DNA of 63,010 nucleotides, filler included. It is 3 parts of 3 records of this genome, joined end to end, with 100 filler letters (N's around TTAATTAATTAA, not from the genome) between each part and the next. Parts side by side here need not be neighbours in the genome. Positions count along the whole stretch, not along the records: positions 24,915 to 48,951 come from SRR31156797_2761; positions 49,052 to 63,010 come from SRR31156797_2787; 1 more part is not named here. One strand, given 5' to 3'. This document shows, piece by piece, positions 44,701 through 53,241 of the stretch (position 1 is its first letter; each line of letters opens with the position of its first letter). The translations under genes were made by a program, and so were the position numbers. Under the pieces are notes generated by a model. The model worked only from the letters and a program-made list of their open reading frames with translations. It had not been told where the DNA came from and ran no database searches.

Positions 44701-45714
44701 GCTTCCGTGACCGGACTGACCGGCGGCGCCGCCTATTACTACCGGGTAAGGGCGGTAAACGCCGGGGGTACCAGCGGGAACTCCAACACCATCAGTGTCA
44801 CCACCACGGCCTCTCCGCCCATAAAAATCAGTCTGAGCGGTCCGGCCAATGTCGTTTTAGGTGCGGTTTCAACGCCCTTTACCCTCACCAGCCTAGATGC
44901 CGACGGGAATCCCTCAAATGTCACGGCGGACACAACCTTTGACCTTTCCTCGAATTCTTCAGGCACAAAACTGTTTTACGGTGACGCAGCGGGGACATCG
45001 GTTATTACCCGGGCAACCATAACCAAGGGGAGCAGTGCATCCACATTTTACTATCGGGACAGTGTTACGGGGACGCCTAACCTGACGGCTGCATGGAACA
45101 GCGGCGGCTGGGACCTGGGATCCGACTCCCTTCAGATCACGGTCTCTTTACCGACAACGACATTGGCTACCAGTACCAGCGTCGATCCATCCTTTACCTA
45201 CTTCAGGGTCAGGGTCACAAAGGTTGAAATGTATCATCAGGGGACCTCTGCCTGGAAAACGATCTTTAAGGGCGGGGAATCGGTGCTTGATCTTGTAACG
45301 GGCGGTAAGTTTCCTTCACTCTCTTATCTGCCTTTGCCCGTGGGAACCTACAACAAGATAAGAGTGACCTTCCGTAATTCATTCGATGTGTCAGGCATGC
45401 TGCGTTACAACGGAACCGACTATTACACAACGGATGCCACCTTTGGAGGGGAGACCAGCCTGGCCAGCGTTGCCGTTGCTGCTTCCGGCGGTAAGGCGGC
45501 ATATAATTTCAAAATCGTGGACTGGGGGGCGATTCTTGCGGACGTTACACAGACGGATGCCATCGCCCCCGTTACCGTCAGCGACAAAACCTTCTTTAAG
45601 CCGGCCCTGAAATTCACCATAAGCGATAAATTAAAGTTAAAAGGGGTTGCTGGCATTCCGGAAACCTACTATTTTACGCTGTCCGCTCCCACCGTGAGCA
45701 TTGTGGCGCCATGA
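41749..45714 (+). CDS. Large secreted protein: two LamG-like domains, beta-rich repeat region, two FN3-like domains and a C-terminal beta domain
   Basis: Signal peptide; two LDF.GT..YV...WxHV...G.[MI]DEVRLW units; FN3-like LTADTAYYFRAY and LTGGAAYYYRVRAVN. Confidence 0.85.
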   Translation: MKKISILFIVILALGLLMAENGFALNNCLDFDGTDDYVDVGAGPGVVKSVEFWVKPFNATDYFLDLDGGGHLLWADAGTLTATGFTSPSIYINGVLTTTIAAGRWQHVAVTMDTGIDAADLNMGRSAANYLKGKMDEVRLWDDVRTEAEIRSNMYKELAGTEPGLAAYFKFNQTSGTNLPDRSPNSYDGSLTNYDTQTGYWQTSSAFFGPGNALDFNGTDQYVTIPDNDALDLTASYTVEAWIYVRTFQVLAGIAGKYQNENTHGFTLRLGYSGAYKGISFNDLETPDNILKPNTWHHVVGVKNGDTRKVYVDGIEYPLSGTPYAEKANDDPVTIGCDFLMNPRYMDGLIDEVRLWNIARTATQIRDDMYKTVTGSEAGLVACYRFDQHNAAGQTTLYDITANSNNGTLTNMDPATDWVSSTAFNTWVGSEGTDWAAGGNWSRNAAPVSTDNVGVFSYTGGNSPSAGAAADANHLAIATNATLTLGDRLTLAGNWINNGTADIGSGTVAFQGAEEAFIIGETTFNDLTVDKSVHGVTLRDNSQVDGTLTLTNGQLNNGSATLTLGNGAAIERSGGSLTHAPSFTTSVDLIYSGATGIATGHELPASTTVLNDLTVNNAGGVALNADAVVNHSLALTDGRVTLGGNDLTLGAGAQVTGDPSASNMVVTNGTGVMKKVFSGIGSFTFPVGDDTGTAEYSPATLDFTAGTFNSAHAAVGVTSAKQPRNASNADYLNRYWTVTQNGITGFTCNATFNYLQADVAGDENGIYGGRYKDGAWTVFKAVDAVNDTFSATVSGFSDFTGVEGAAPSTQAGNIGFSNVNRTRMQVSWTRGSGGKVLVLARLGSAVSSNPVNGTGYTGNATFGGGDEIGTGNYVVYSGTGTSLTVTGLTADTAYYFRAYEYNDTINERYATGTVADNPNNKTTLPHAPAAPAATTATGVTETGFTANWNVAAGAAGYRLDVSLKSDFGEFVSGYRDKDVGAATSASVTGLTGGAAYYYRVRAVNAGGTSGNSNTISVTTTASPPIKISLSGPANVVLGAVSTPFTLTSLDADGNPSNVTADTTFDLSSNSSGTKLFYGDAAGTSVITRATITKGSSASTFYYRDSVTGTPNLTAAWNSGGWDLGSDSLQITVSLPTTTLATSTSVDPSFTYFRVRVTKVEMYHQGTSAWKTIFKGGESVLDLVTGGKFPSLSYLPLPVGTYNKIRVTFRNSFDVSGMLRYNGTDYYTTDATFGGETSLASVAVAASGGKAAYNFKIVDWGAILADVTQTDAIAPVTVSDKTFFKPALKFTISDKLKLKGVAGIPETYYFTLSAPTVSIVAP

Positions 45715-45775
45715 GGGGAGGGTTTGCTCATTATAAACATTTTTGTGAATCGTCAATCAGAGGGAGGATAAGGAC

Positions 45776-45979
45776 GTGAAAGAGAAACAGATGGCGGATG
45801 TTGTTTCCGTGAGCCGGAGAGAGTTCTGCAAAAAGGCGGTGAAGCGGACAACCATTGCGGCGGCCGCAACGGCCGTCGTTGTTTACGAAAAACCCGCATT
45901 AAAGAGTTTTTTCGGGACAAGGGACGCCTATGCGGCCAACACCCCCGGCAGATTGACCCTGCATGGCGGCTGCGATTAG
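45776..45979 (+). CDS. Small peptide with twin-arginine motif and YxxPxL motif (putative precursor peptide)
   Basis: GGAGG/AAGGA RBS before the GTG; SRREFCK, an Ala/Val stretch, YEKPAL, an AYA site and tail ANTPGRLTLHGGCD. Confidence 0.75.
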   Translation: MKEKQMADVVSVSRREFCKKAVKRTTIAAAATAVVVYEKPALKSFFGTRDAYAANTPGRLTLHGGCD

Positions 45980-46018
45980 ACCGGTCTTGTGAGATTAATT
46001 CTTTAGCGCCCGCGGCTT

Positions 46019-47482
46019 ATGTCAAGGGTGTGCCCAATGAAAAATACATGGTCGTTTGAAACAAAAACCTGGGCGTTCATTGCAGCCGTCTCGCTTCTCA
46101 AGGTCATCTACGCCTCCGGACTGGATCTCATGCCGGATGAGGCGTACTATTTTCTGTGGAGCCGGAAGCTTGCCTTCTCCTATTTCGATCATCCGCCGAT
46201 GATCGCCTATGTGCTCGCCTTGCCGGATCCACTGTCTCACAACCATGCCTTTAATGTGCGTCTGGCCACGGTCCTGCTCTCGGCCCTGACCTCGGTGTAT
46301 GCCTTTTTGCTGGCACGTGAACTGTATAACAGCCAAATCGGTTTTTACTATGTGCTGTTGAGCAGCGTGACCCTGTTGTTTACGGCAGGCTCCCTCATCG
46401 CGACGCCGGACACCCCGATGATTTTTTTCCTGACGGCGGCATGTTACTATTTTTACCTTGCCGTAAAACGCAATTCCACGACTTTCTGGGTCGTTGCAGG
46501 AGCGCTGATGGGCTTTGCCCTCCTTTCCAAATATACAAGCGTCCTTGTCTACGGGTCCTTTTTCCTCTATCTGGTGCTGCTTCAGGAAAACCGAAAATGG
46601 TTCACCCGCTTCCAGCCCTATCTGGCTTTTGTGGTTTCATGGATCATTTTTCTCCCGGTTATCCTTTGGAACGCCGCTCACAATTGGATCTCCTTTTGTT
46701 TCCAGTTCAATCACGGGTTTGGCGGATCTTTCCCCAACTGGCTGAACTTCTTTGATTATTTGGGCGGCCAGGCGGCCATTGCGGGCCCCGTTCTGTTTGT
46801 GCTGTTCCTGATGGCCATGGTTGCCGTTGTGCTTGGATGGAAAACCGCGACCCGCGAGGATAAGTTCCTCTGGTGTCTGGCAAGTGTGGTCTTCGGTTTC
46901 TTTCTGGTCTCCGCGCTTCAGAAAAAAGTTGAAGCCAACTGGCCCGCTTTTGCCTATGTTCCCGGTATTTTGCTGGTGATCCGTTATTACGAACGGATAT
47001 TGAAACATGCAACATGGGGCAAAAAACTCTGGCGCGCCAATTGGGGCTTATGCGTGACGGTTTTGCTCCTCTTGCTAACCCATATCTATGTGCCGTTCAT
47101 CCCGATCCATAAGGATCGCACCGATGAATTCTTCGGCTGGGGGCAACTGGGCGCAGAAGCGGCCCGACTGGCCGCGGAGCATCCGGATTTTTCCCTGGCG
47201 GCGAACCGTCATCAGTACGCCGGTGAACTGGCGGTTTATTCGGGCCTGCCGGTGACGTGCCTGAACATTGCCGGTCGAGCCAATCAATTCGATCTCTGGC
47301 AGGAGCAAACCGGTTTGCAGGGGAAAAATTTTCTGCTTTTTGATGGATGGCCGGAACCGAAGCAGGAGATTGTCCAGGCATTCGAACGCGTGGAGCCGGT
47401 CGAAAATATCCAAATTTTCCGGCGGAATAAAAAAATACGCACATTCCATGTATTTCGCGCCTATCATTACCGGGGGAAGTAA
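46019..47482 (+). CDS. GT-C glycosyltransferase (GT39/ArnT/PMT-like)
   Basis: DEAYY..WS...SYFDHPPM, TPD.P, LSKY, P...WN...W.SF.FQ and ANW; many transmembrane segments. Confidence 0.9.
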   Translation: MSRVCPMKNTWSFETKTWAFIAAVSLLKVIYASGLDLMPDEAYYFLWSRKLAFSYFDHPPMIAYVLALPDPLSHNHAFNVRLATVLLSALTSVYAFLLARELYNSQIGFYYVLLSSVTLLFTAGSLIATPDTPMIFFLTAACYYFYLAVKRNSTTFWVVAGALMGFALLSKYTSVLVYGSFFLYLVLLQENRKWFTRFQPYLAFVVSWIIFLPVILWNAAHNWISFCFQFNHGFGGSFPNWLNFFDYLGGQAAIAGPVLFVLFLMAMVAVVLGWKTATREDKFLWCLASVVFGFFLVSALQKKVEANWPAFAYVPGILLVIRYYERILKHATWGKKLWRANWGLCVTVLLLLLTHIYVPFIPIHKDRTDEFFGWGQLGAEAARLAAEHPDFSLAANRHQYAGELAVYSGLPVTCLNIAGRANQFDLWQEQTGLQGKNFLLFDGWPEPKQEIVQAFERVEPVENIQIFRRNKKIRTFHVFRAYHYRGK

Positions 47483-47495
47483 CAAATGGAAGTTC

Positions 47496-48803
47496 CTATC
47501 GCTTTTTTTGTGTGCTCAGAAGTTGCCGGGTGATGTTCTCTTTTGCGCCGGCCCTTTCCACCGCCGGGGAACGCTGTTTGTGGGATCGACGGTTGCAGGG
47601 AAGGTGCGCGAGCGTCAGCAGCAGGCGTTTATGGTAGAAGAGGAGGTGGCGCAGGTAATAGCGAAACGCATCGCCCGATGAGCGGATACCGCGGTATACG
47701 GCCAGGCTGCCGAGAAAGGGGAAGAGGGTCTTTACCAAAAAATAGGCAACCCTGTTTCCAAATCCCTCCCGGTTTCCCATGGCGATCCGAAAATTCCACA
47801 CCCAACCCCTTGCATTGAACAATTTTGGCTCTTCCAATAGCGCCAGCAAGTCTCGAAGGGAGGCGTCGAACTTCCGCTGACGGCGGTCTTTCGGCTCGGC
47901 CCTAAGCGCCTGGTGCACCGGCGGAAGACGCAGCATGGACGAAAGAAAGTGGGTGAGGAGAGAGAACACCTGTTCAAGACCGAAATCCCGGATCATCACT
48001 TCCATTTCATCCTGGTCCAGCCGCCCGCTAAAAAAAACCAGAAGCCCCGCAATATCCAAGTAGTGCTTCAGGGAAGCATCGAACTGGTGCTGAACCAGGT
48101 GGGCCACATTGAACAGAATCTCCATTTCGAGGCACAAAACCGGGCAATCAAAACCGTCCACCTCGATCCATTCCTTGCGATTCCAGGCCGTTTGCATGAA
48201 CCTTGCGTGGTCTCGAATAACCTCATAGGGCGTGAAATGGAATTCCAAAATAGCGCCCGAAGCCGCCTGATTCATGGTCACGTGATAGATGAACGGAGGG
48301 TTTTTGCCTGAGAAGTCCAATGTATAACCCATATCCCGGCCGATCTTGACCATCCGGGGCAAGTCTCTTCGGGAGCAAAAAATATCCAGATCGGAGAGGG
48401 TCCGGAGGGCCGGGTCCTTGTATATCCGGCCGATCAGGGCCGGACCTTTCAAAACAATAACCGGTATGCCCTCTTTTCGGCATCGGTCAAGGAGTCTTTT
48501 CAACGTATGGAAATACGCCTCGTTTCGGAGGAAATTCCCGAAATAGGCCCGCTCCCACCTCTGTTTCAGCCACCCGGGAATCGGTGCTGGAAGCCGGTTG
48601 CTTGAGAGCATCCAGTAAAGAAGCGGTTCGAGGTTGTGAAAATGGGCCAGGTCGCCCACGGCCTTCCAGTCCGCCTGGTTTTCAAAGGGGATTTCCATCG
48701 GCAGAACCCGGTCTTGAAAGAGCCAGGACCCGGCGGCGGCCAAAAGCCAATCGAGTGCCCGGGTGCGTATGTGCAGGGTTGTGTTCGGCATGGTGGGGAC
48801 CAT
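47496..48803 (-). CDS. Nucleotidyltransferase family protein (NTP_transf_5-like)
   Basis: VLKGPAL...Y.....R..SDLD, LEFH and H...H....LK.YLDI. Confidence 0.85.
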   Translation of the reverse strand: MVPTMPNTTLHIRTRALDWLLAAAGSWLFQDRVLPMEIPFENQADWKAVGDLAHFHNLEPLLYWMLSSNRLPAPIPGWLKQRWERAYFGNFLRNEAYFHTLKRLLDRCRKEGIPVIVLKGPALIGRIYKDPALRTLSDLDIFCSRRDLPRMVKIGRDMGYTLDFSGKNPPFIYHVTMNQAASGAILEFHFTPYEVIRDHARFMQTAWNRKEWIEVDGFDCPVLCLEMEILFNVAHLVQHQFDASLKHYLDIAGLLVFFSGRLDQDEMEVMIRDFGLEQVFSLLTHFLSSMLRLPPVHQALRAEPKDRRQRKFDASLRDLLALLEEPKLFNARGWVWNFRIAMGNREGFGNRVAYFLVKTLFPFLGSLAVYRGIRSSGDAFRYYLRHLLFYHKRLLLTLAHLPCNRRSHKQRSPAVERAGAKENITRQLLSTQKKR

Positions 48804-48825
48804 TTCCCTTCGGGATACTCTTTAA

Positions 48826-48951
48826 CTAACCCAGCAAAAACAGCTCTTTTAAAAGTTTTCGCATGGATTGCTGGCCGTTTGTTCGCAGCCTGAAAATCTC
48901 CACCTCATTACAGATCCGGAGAACCGAATCAAACAGGCGTTCATCATCCGT
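48826..48951 (-). CDS. 3' end of a gene cut by the contig edge
   Basis: Open frame TDDERLFDSVLRICNEVEIFRLRTNGQQSMRKLLKELFLLG-stop, ending 22 nt before the nucleotidyltransferase start. Confidence 0.6.
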   Translation of the reverse strand, partial: TDDERLFDSVLRICNEVEIFRLRTNGQQSMRKLLKELFLLG

Positions 48952-49051
48952 NNNNNNNNNNNNNNNNNNNNNNNNNNNNNNNNNNNNNNNNNNNNTTAAT
49001 TAATTAANNNNNNNNNNNNNNNNNNNNNNNNNNNNNNNNNNNNNNNNNNNN
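48952..49051. other. Artificial contig-joining spacer
   Basis: Same N44-TTAATTAATTAA-N44 layout as the first spacer. Confidence 0.98.
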
Positions 49052-50103
49052 CCTTTCACATGTTTCTTTTTCTCTTTCAGTTTTGCCATCAGGGGATTGG
49101 AAAGATCCGACCAGATTTCACTGAAAGGACGATCCAGGATATTGCCGAAACTGTAGTGCCGCCAGAACTGGTCCGCATGAACCGCGCCGTCCCAACTGAC
49201 GCACCCGATGCCCAGGCCCGAACTGTTCCCTTCATTCATCCTGAGCAACTGTAATACATCTTCCGCCCTGGGGTCCTTTTCTTTCAGCATGCGGAGGTAC
49301 ACAAAAGGTCCGTCCGCATGGTTATCCACGGTGAGCACTTCTTTGGGCTTTCCCCGTTCATGAAGGTCACGGGTGCGGTCCATGATCAGGTCCACCACTT
49401 TTCGGGTCTGGGCATGCTCCAGGTCTTCTTCCACCATGTTTGATCCGCGCCCCGCATACACCAGGTGGTAAAAACAGATTCGCGGGATCTCCATTTCCTC
49501 CACAAGATCAAAGATGCGAGGAACCTCCACTGCATTCATTCGATTGATGGTAAACCGCAGCCCCACCTTAAGCCCTACCGCCTGGCAGTTGCGGATACCT
49601 TCCATGGCTGCTTTAAATGCTCCTTTTTTGCCGCGAAAGCGGTCGTTCACTTCTTCCATGCCGTCGAGGCTGACACCCACGTAGGAAAGCCCCACTTTTT
49701 TTAATTCTTGGGCCTTTTGGGGTGTGATGAGGGTACCGTTGGTGGAAATAACCGCGCGCATCCCTTTGGATACCGCATAGTTGGCCAGGTCCACCAGATC
49801 GGGCCGCATGAGCGGTTCGCCTCCTGAAAACAGGATTACCGGAGAACCGAAGTCCGCCAGATCATCGATGAGACGCAGTCCCTGCTTATGGGTGAGTTCC
49901 CCTATGGATTTTTCTTCAACGGCCCTGGCGTAGCAATGAACGCATTTGAGGTTACAGGCTTTGGTGATGTTCCACACCACCACGGGCCGCTTGTCTTGGG
50001 AAAACTGAAGGAGATGGGATGGGAGATCCTTGGAGCGCCTTCCGTACCTGAGCGCATCGGAGGGTTCCACCGTTCCGCAATAAAGTTTTGATATACCGAT
50101 CAT
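49052..50103 (-). CDS. ahbC: 12,18-didecarboxysiroheme deacetylase (alternative heme biosynthesis radical SAM), 3' end cut
   Basis: MIGISKLYCGTVEPSDALRYG...VVVWN, CNLKCVHC, SGGEP, FYHLVYAGRG and LTVDNHADG; ATG at 50103. Confidence 0.9.
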
Positions 50104-50139
50104 TTTTATATTGATTCCAATGGTTTTTATTGTCGCGCC

Positions 50140-50220
50140 GTGGGGGCAACCCCTTGCGGGTTGCCCTGTTTTGGGTGTTTGCAACGTATGATCAGGGCAG
50201 GCACGGGGGCCTGCCCCTAC
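50140..50220. repeat. Inverted pair of REP-like palindromes (REPIN-like)
   Basis: GTGG-GGGCAACCC-cttgc-GGGTTGCCC on the plus strand and GTAG-GGGCAGGC-ccccgt-GCCTGCCC on the minus strand, facing each other between pyk and ahbC. Confidence 0.75.
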
Positions 50221-50318
50221 AAAAAAATGCCATACACGTCAGACCATATCAAAGAACCCCCCCCAACTGCAAGTTTTTCGAAGATTGCGGTTTTTTTTCA
50301 TTCCAAAATCCGCAATGG

Positions 50319-51734
50319 TTATTCCTCTCCCACCACATGCAGCTTCATCATGTTGGTTTTCCCCTGTTTTTTGAGGGGGAATCCCGCAACGATGACGATA
50401 CGATCATTTTTTCGAACCAGCCTTTTTTTCCGAAGCTGTTCTTCCATCGCCTTGATCATGATGTCCGAATTGTCCATGAGGGGCAGCAAAAGAGCCTTTA
50501 CGCCCCAACTGAGGGCAAGGGACCGTTGAACGGCTTCGGTGGGTGTCAAGGCGATAATGGGAACCGACGGCCTGTATTTTGAAATGAGCCGGGCCGTGAA
50601 ACCGGACTGGGAAAAGGGCGTAATGGCGTTAAGCCCAAGGTTTTCGGCCGCCATGCAGGCGGCCTCTGAAATGGTGTCGGAAAAATTGAACGTTTTACGT
50701 GAGAAAGGCGCGGTTGCAGGAAAGTTCTTTTCCGTGACCCTGGCGATTCGCGCCATCATTTTTACGGACTCTACCGGGTATTTTCCAACGGATGTTTCTC
50801 CGCTCAGCATAATGGCATCGGTACCGTCCACAATGGCATTGGCAACGTCGGATGCCTCTGCGCGGGTGGGCAGGGGGTGTTCCGTCATGGACTCCAGCAT
50901 CTGGGTAGCGGTAATGACCAGCTTTCGGTTTTCGTTCGCCAGAGCGATCATTTTTTTCTGTGCCACCGGCACTTTCTCAGGTGAAAGCTCAACGCCCAGG
51001 TCTCCCCGGGCCACCATGATGCCCTCACATGCATCAAGGATTTCTTCCAGTTTGTCTAGTGCTTGCGGCTTTTCAATTTTGGCAATGACCGGAATGTTGA
51101 CGCCTTTTTTCTTGAGAATACGTTTCAGTATCTGAACATCCCGGGCGCTTCTGACAAAAGAGGCTGCCACAAAATCGATCCCCATACCCAGTCCGAAATC
51201 CAGATCTTTTTTATCTTTTTCCGTGACGGCGGGGATACCGGTTGTGATTCCGGGCAGATTGATCCCCTTGTGTTCGCCGATCACTCCCCCGGTAACCACT
51301 TGGCAGAAAAGATCCGTCTTATTTTTGTTTCGCACCTTTAATTCAATTAAACCATCGTCCATGAGGATCTTATCCCCCGGCTGAAGGTCCTTGGTAATAC
51401 CACCATAGGTTGTTGAAATGATACCGGGTTCGCCTTTTAAGGCACGGGTGGTGATGGTGAAGGGGTCATGGGCCTTTACCCGCAGGATGCCTCCTTTGAT
51501 CAGGCCCGTTCGGATCTTGGGGCCCTGGAGGTCCAGCATGATGGCAATGGGTCGTTTAAGGGACCTTGAGAGGGATTTTACCGAATCCGCGACTTTTTTA
51601 TGGTCTGTATGGGTGCCGTGTGAAAAATTGAGCCTGGCCACGTTCATGCCTGCCAGAATGAGTTCTTTCAGAACTTTTCGCGAACTGGTTGCAGGTCCAA
51701 TGGTGCAGACGATTTTCGTTCTGGGCGGGATCAT
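50319..51734 (-). CDS. pyk: Pyruvate kinase
   Basis: TKIVCTIGPA, RLNFSHG, DLQGPKIR, AKIE, MVARGDLGVE, ATQMLESM and MLSGET. Confidence 0.97.
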   Translation of the reverse strand: MIPPRTKIVCTIGPATSSRKVLKELILAGMNVARLNFSHGTHTDHKKVADSVKSLSRSLKRPIAIMLDLQGPKIRTGLIKGGILRVKAHDPFTITTRALKGEPGIISTTYGGITKDLQPGDKILMDDGLIELKVRNKNKTDLFCQVVTGGVIGEHKGINLPGITTGIPAVTEKDKKDLDFGLGMGIDFVAASFVRSARDVQILKRILKKKGVNIPVIAKIEKPQALDKLEEILDACEGIMVARGDLGVELSPEKVPVAQKKMIALANENRKLVITATQMLESMTEHPLPTRAEASDVANAIVDGTDAIMLSGETSVGKYPVESVKMMARIARVTEKNFPATAPFSRKTFNFSDTISEAACMAAENLGLNAITPFSQSGFTARLISKYRPSVPIIALTPTEAVQRSLALSWGVKALLLPLMDNSDIMIKAMEEQLRKKRLVRKNDRIVIVAGFPLKKQGKTNMMKLHVVGEE

Positions 51735-51918
51735 CCTAAATCTCCTTTTAGATCATGAACATCTGCTCTGCCGTAAAAAATATCCGCAGTGCCCACATAG
51801 GTCAAGAACAAACAGGAGGCTTCATGGTTTTTGTTTTTTTGCTTGATGCACGAATCACTATGCTCTAAATTAATCGATTATTTTCGTTAAGTCAAAACAG
51901 TTGTGGGGAGGGAGGCGT

Positions 51919-53181
51919 ATGAAATATCGTATGAAATGGATTTTGGGTGTCCTGTTGGTGGTCAGTGTTTTTGTCATTCCGTTGTTGATGGCATCCGTTG
52001 TTTCGGCGGACAGCCTTTCGGAGGCTATTTCACAGGGGATCAGCGATGGGAAAATTACCAAAGATGCGGAACCCGGTTTCTTGGGGATTCCCGGCGCACC
52101 AAAAGTTAATTTTATACTCGGCTTTCTATGGGCCATATGGGTGGGTTGGATTTTTTCCACAGTGGGCGCATTCGGCGGTATCATGGCCGGTGTGGGACAT
52201 ATCACCATATTCGGCTTGGGGGATTATGCCAAGGGTTTTGGTAAGGGTTATCCCATGAACAAGCTGTTGACCGATTCCATCCGCGTGTCCAACCAGTGGC
52301 TTGTGGGCCTGAGCGGTTTGATTTCCAGTACTAATTATTACCGAATGGGTCGTTTGGTGGCGCCTTTGGGCATGTGCCTTGCCATTGGCGGGGTCGGGGG
52401 GTCCTGGCTTATTCCGGATCTGACGGCCGGTAAAATCAGTTTGAAGTCTTATATCGGCTACTTCGGCATCGCAGTGCTTGCACTGGGTGTAATCCTCTTC
52501 CGTGAAACGACCAAAGCCGGCCAGGCCAAGCGTAAGAAAGCCAAGGAGGCGGCCTCCGCCTTTGAAAAAGAGGCCAAGAAGGGTGGGGACAGCCAGCAGG
52601 GGGTCAAGGTGCTTCAGGGCAGCTGGACCATGATGTTCGTGGCGCTGGGAGTGGTGGTGGCCAGTGCACTCTGGGCCAACCTGGCCGGCGGCGCCAAATG
52701 GGTGGCCTACATCCTGGCCCTGGTGGGCTGGGCATTGACATTTTTCGTGGGAACCATCCGATTTACCTTTTACGGGGTGGAATTTAAATTCAAAGCCTTT
52801 ATCCCCATGCTGGGCGGTATTTTCATTGCTGCGCTGGCATCGTTTCTAGGGGTCGGCGGCGGGTTTCTGTATGTCCCCTTTCTCACATCGGTGGCGGGTT
52901 TGCCCATGTTCCTGGTGGCCGGTACCAGCGGCCTGGTGGTTCTGGTGGGCATGATCGTCTCCATCTTCAGCTATATGGTGGGAAAAGGTGTTCCGGTCCA
53001 GTGGGGTTTTATCGGTGCGGAACTGGTGGGTATTTTTATCGGCAGCATGATCGGACCCCGTACCTCCAAATATATTCCGGATATCTGGCTCAAACGGCTT
53101 TTTGTGGTGCTCGCTTTTTACGTGGGCCTCCGGTACATTACCAAAGGTTTCTTGGGCTACAGCATCGTTCCTCCCTTCTGA
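51919..53181 (+). CDS. TauE/SafE-family sulfite exporter-like membrane protein
   Basis: GWIFSTVGAFGG, LGVGGGFLYVP and VAGTS; GGAGG RBS before the ATG at 51919. Confidence 0.88.
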   Translation: MKYRMKWILGVLLVVSVFVIPLLMASVVSADSLSEAISQGISDGKITKDAEPGFLGIPGAPKVNFILGFLWAIWVGWIFSTVGAFGGIMAGVGHITIFGLGDYAKGFGKGYPMNKLLTDSIRVSNQWLVGLSGLISSTNYYRMGRLVAPLGMCLAIGGVGGSWLIPDLTAGKISLKSYIGYFGIAVLALGVILFRETTKAGQAKRKKAKEAASAFEKEAKKGGDSQQGVKVLQGSWTMMFVALGVVVASALWANLAGGAKWVAYILALVGWALTFFVGTIRFTFYGVEFKFKAFIPMLGGIFIAALASFLGVGGGFLYVPFLTSVAGLPMFLVAGTSGLVVLVGMIVSIFSYMVGKGVPVQWGFIGAELVGIFIGSMIGPRTSKYIPDIWLKRLFVVLAFYVGLRYITKGFLGYSIVPPF

Positions 53182-53200
53182 TGCACTGATCCGTTCCATT

Positions 53201-53229
53201 GCGCCCCGGCCCGGCCGGGGCGCCCTTTT
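53201..53229 (+). terminator. GC-rich hairpin with short T tail
   Basis: GCGCCCCGGC-ccg-GCCGGGGCGC followed by CCTTTT. Confidence 0.55.
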
Positions 53230-53241
53230 CGGCCTTGTCAG

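Noticed and set aside
25000-48893. Many antisense and alternate-frame ORFs (for example 25573..26208, 29524..30198, 43522..44526)
   Set aside because: They overlap well-supported genes, lack motifs and are expected in GC-richer DNA.
49000-49051. Poly-X C-terminus of the 394-aa ORF, and its first 27 codons (50104-50184)
   Set aside because: The tail is spacer sequence; the extra N-terminus crosses a REP-like repeat and the real start is 50103.
51825-51843. Sigma54 promoter upstream of the TauE-family gene
   Set aside because: GG and GC are 13 nt apart rather than the required 10.
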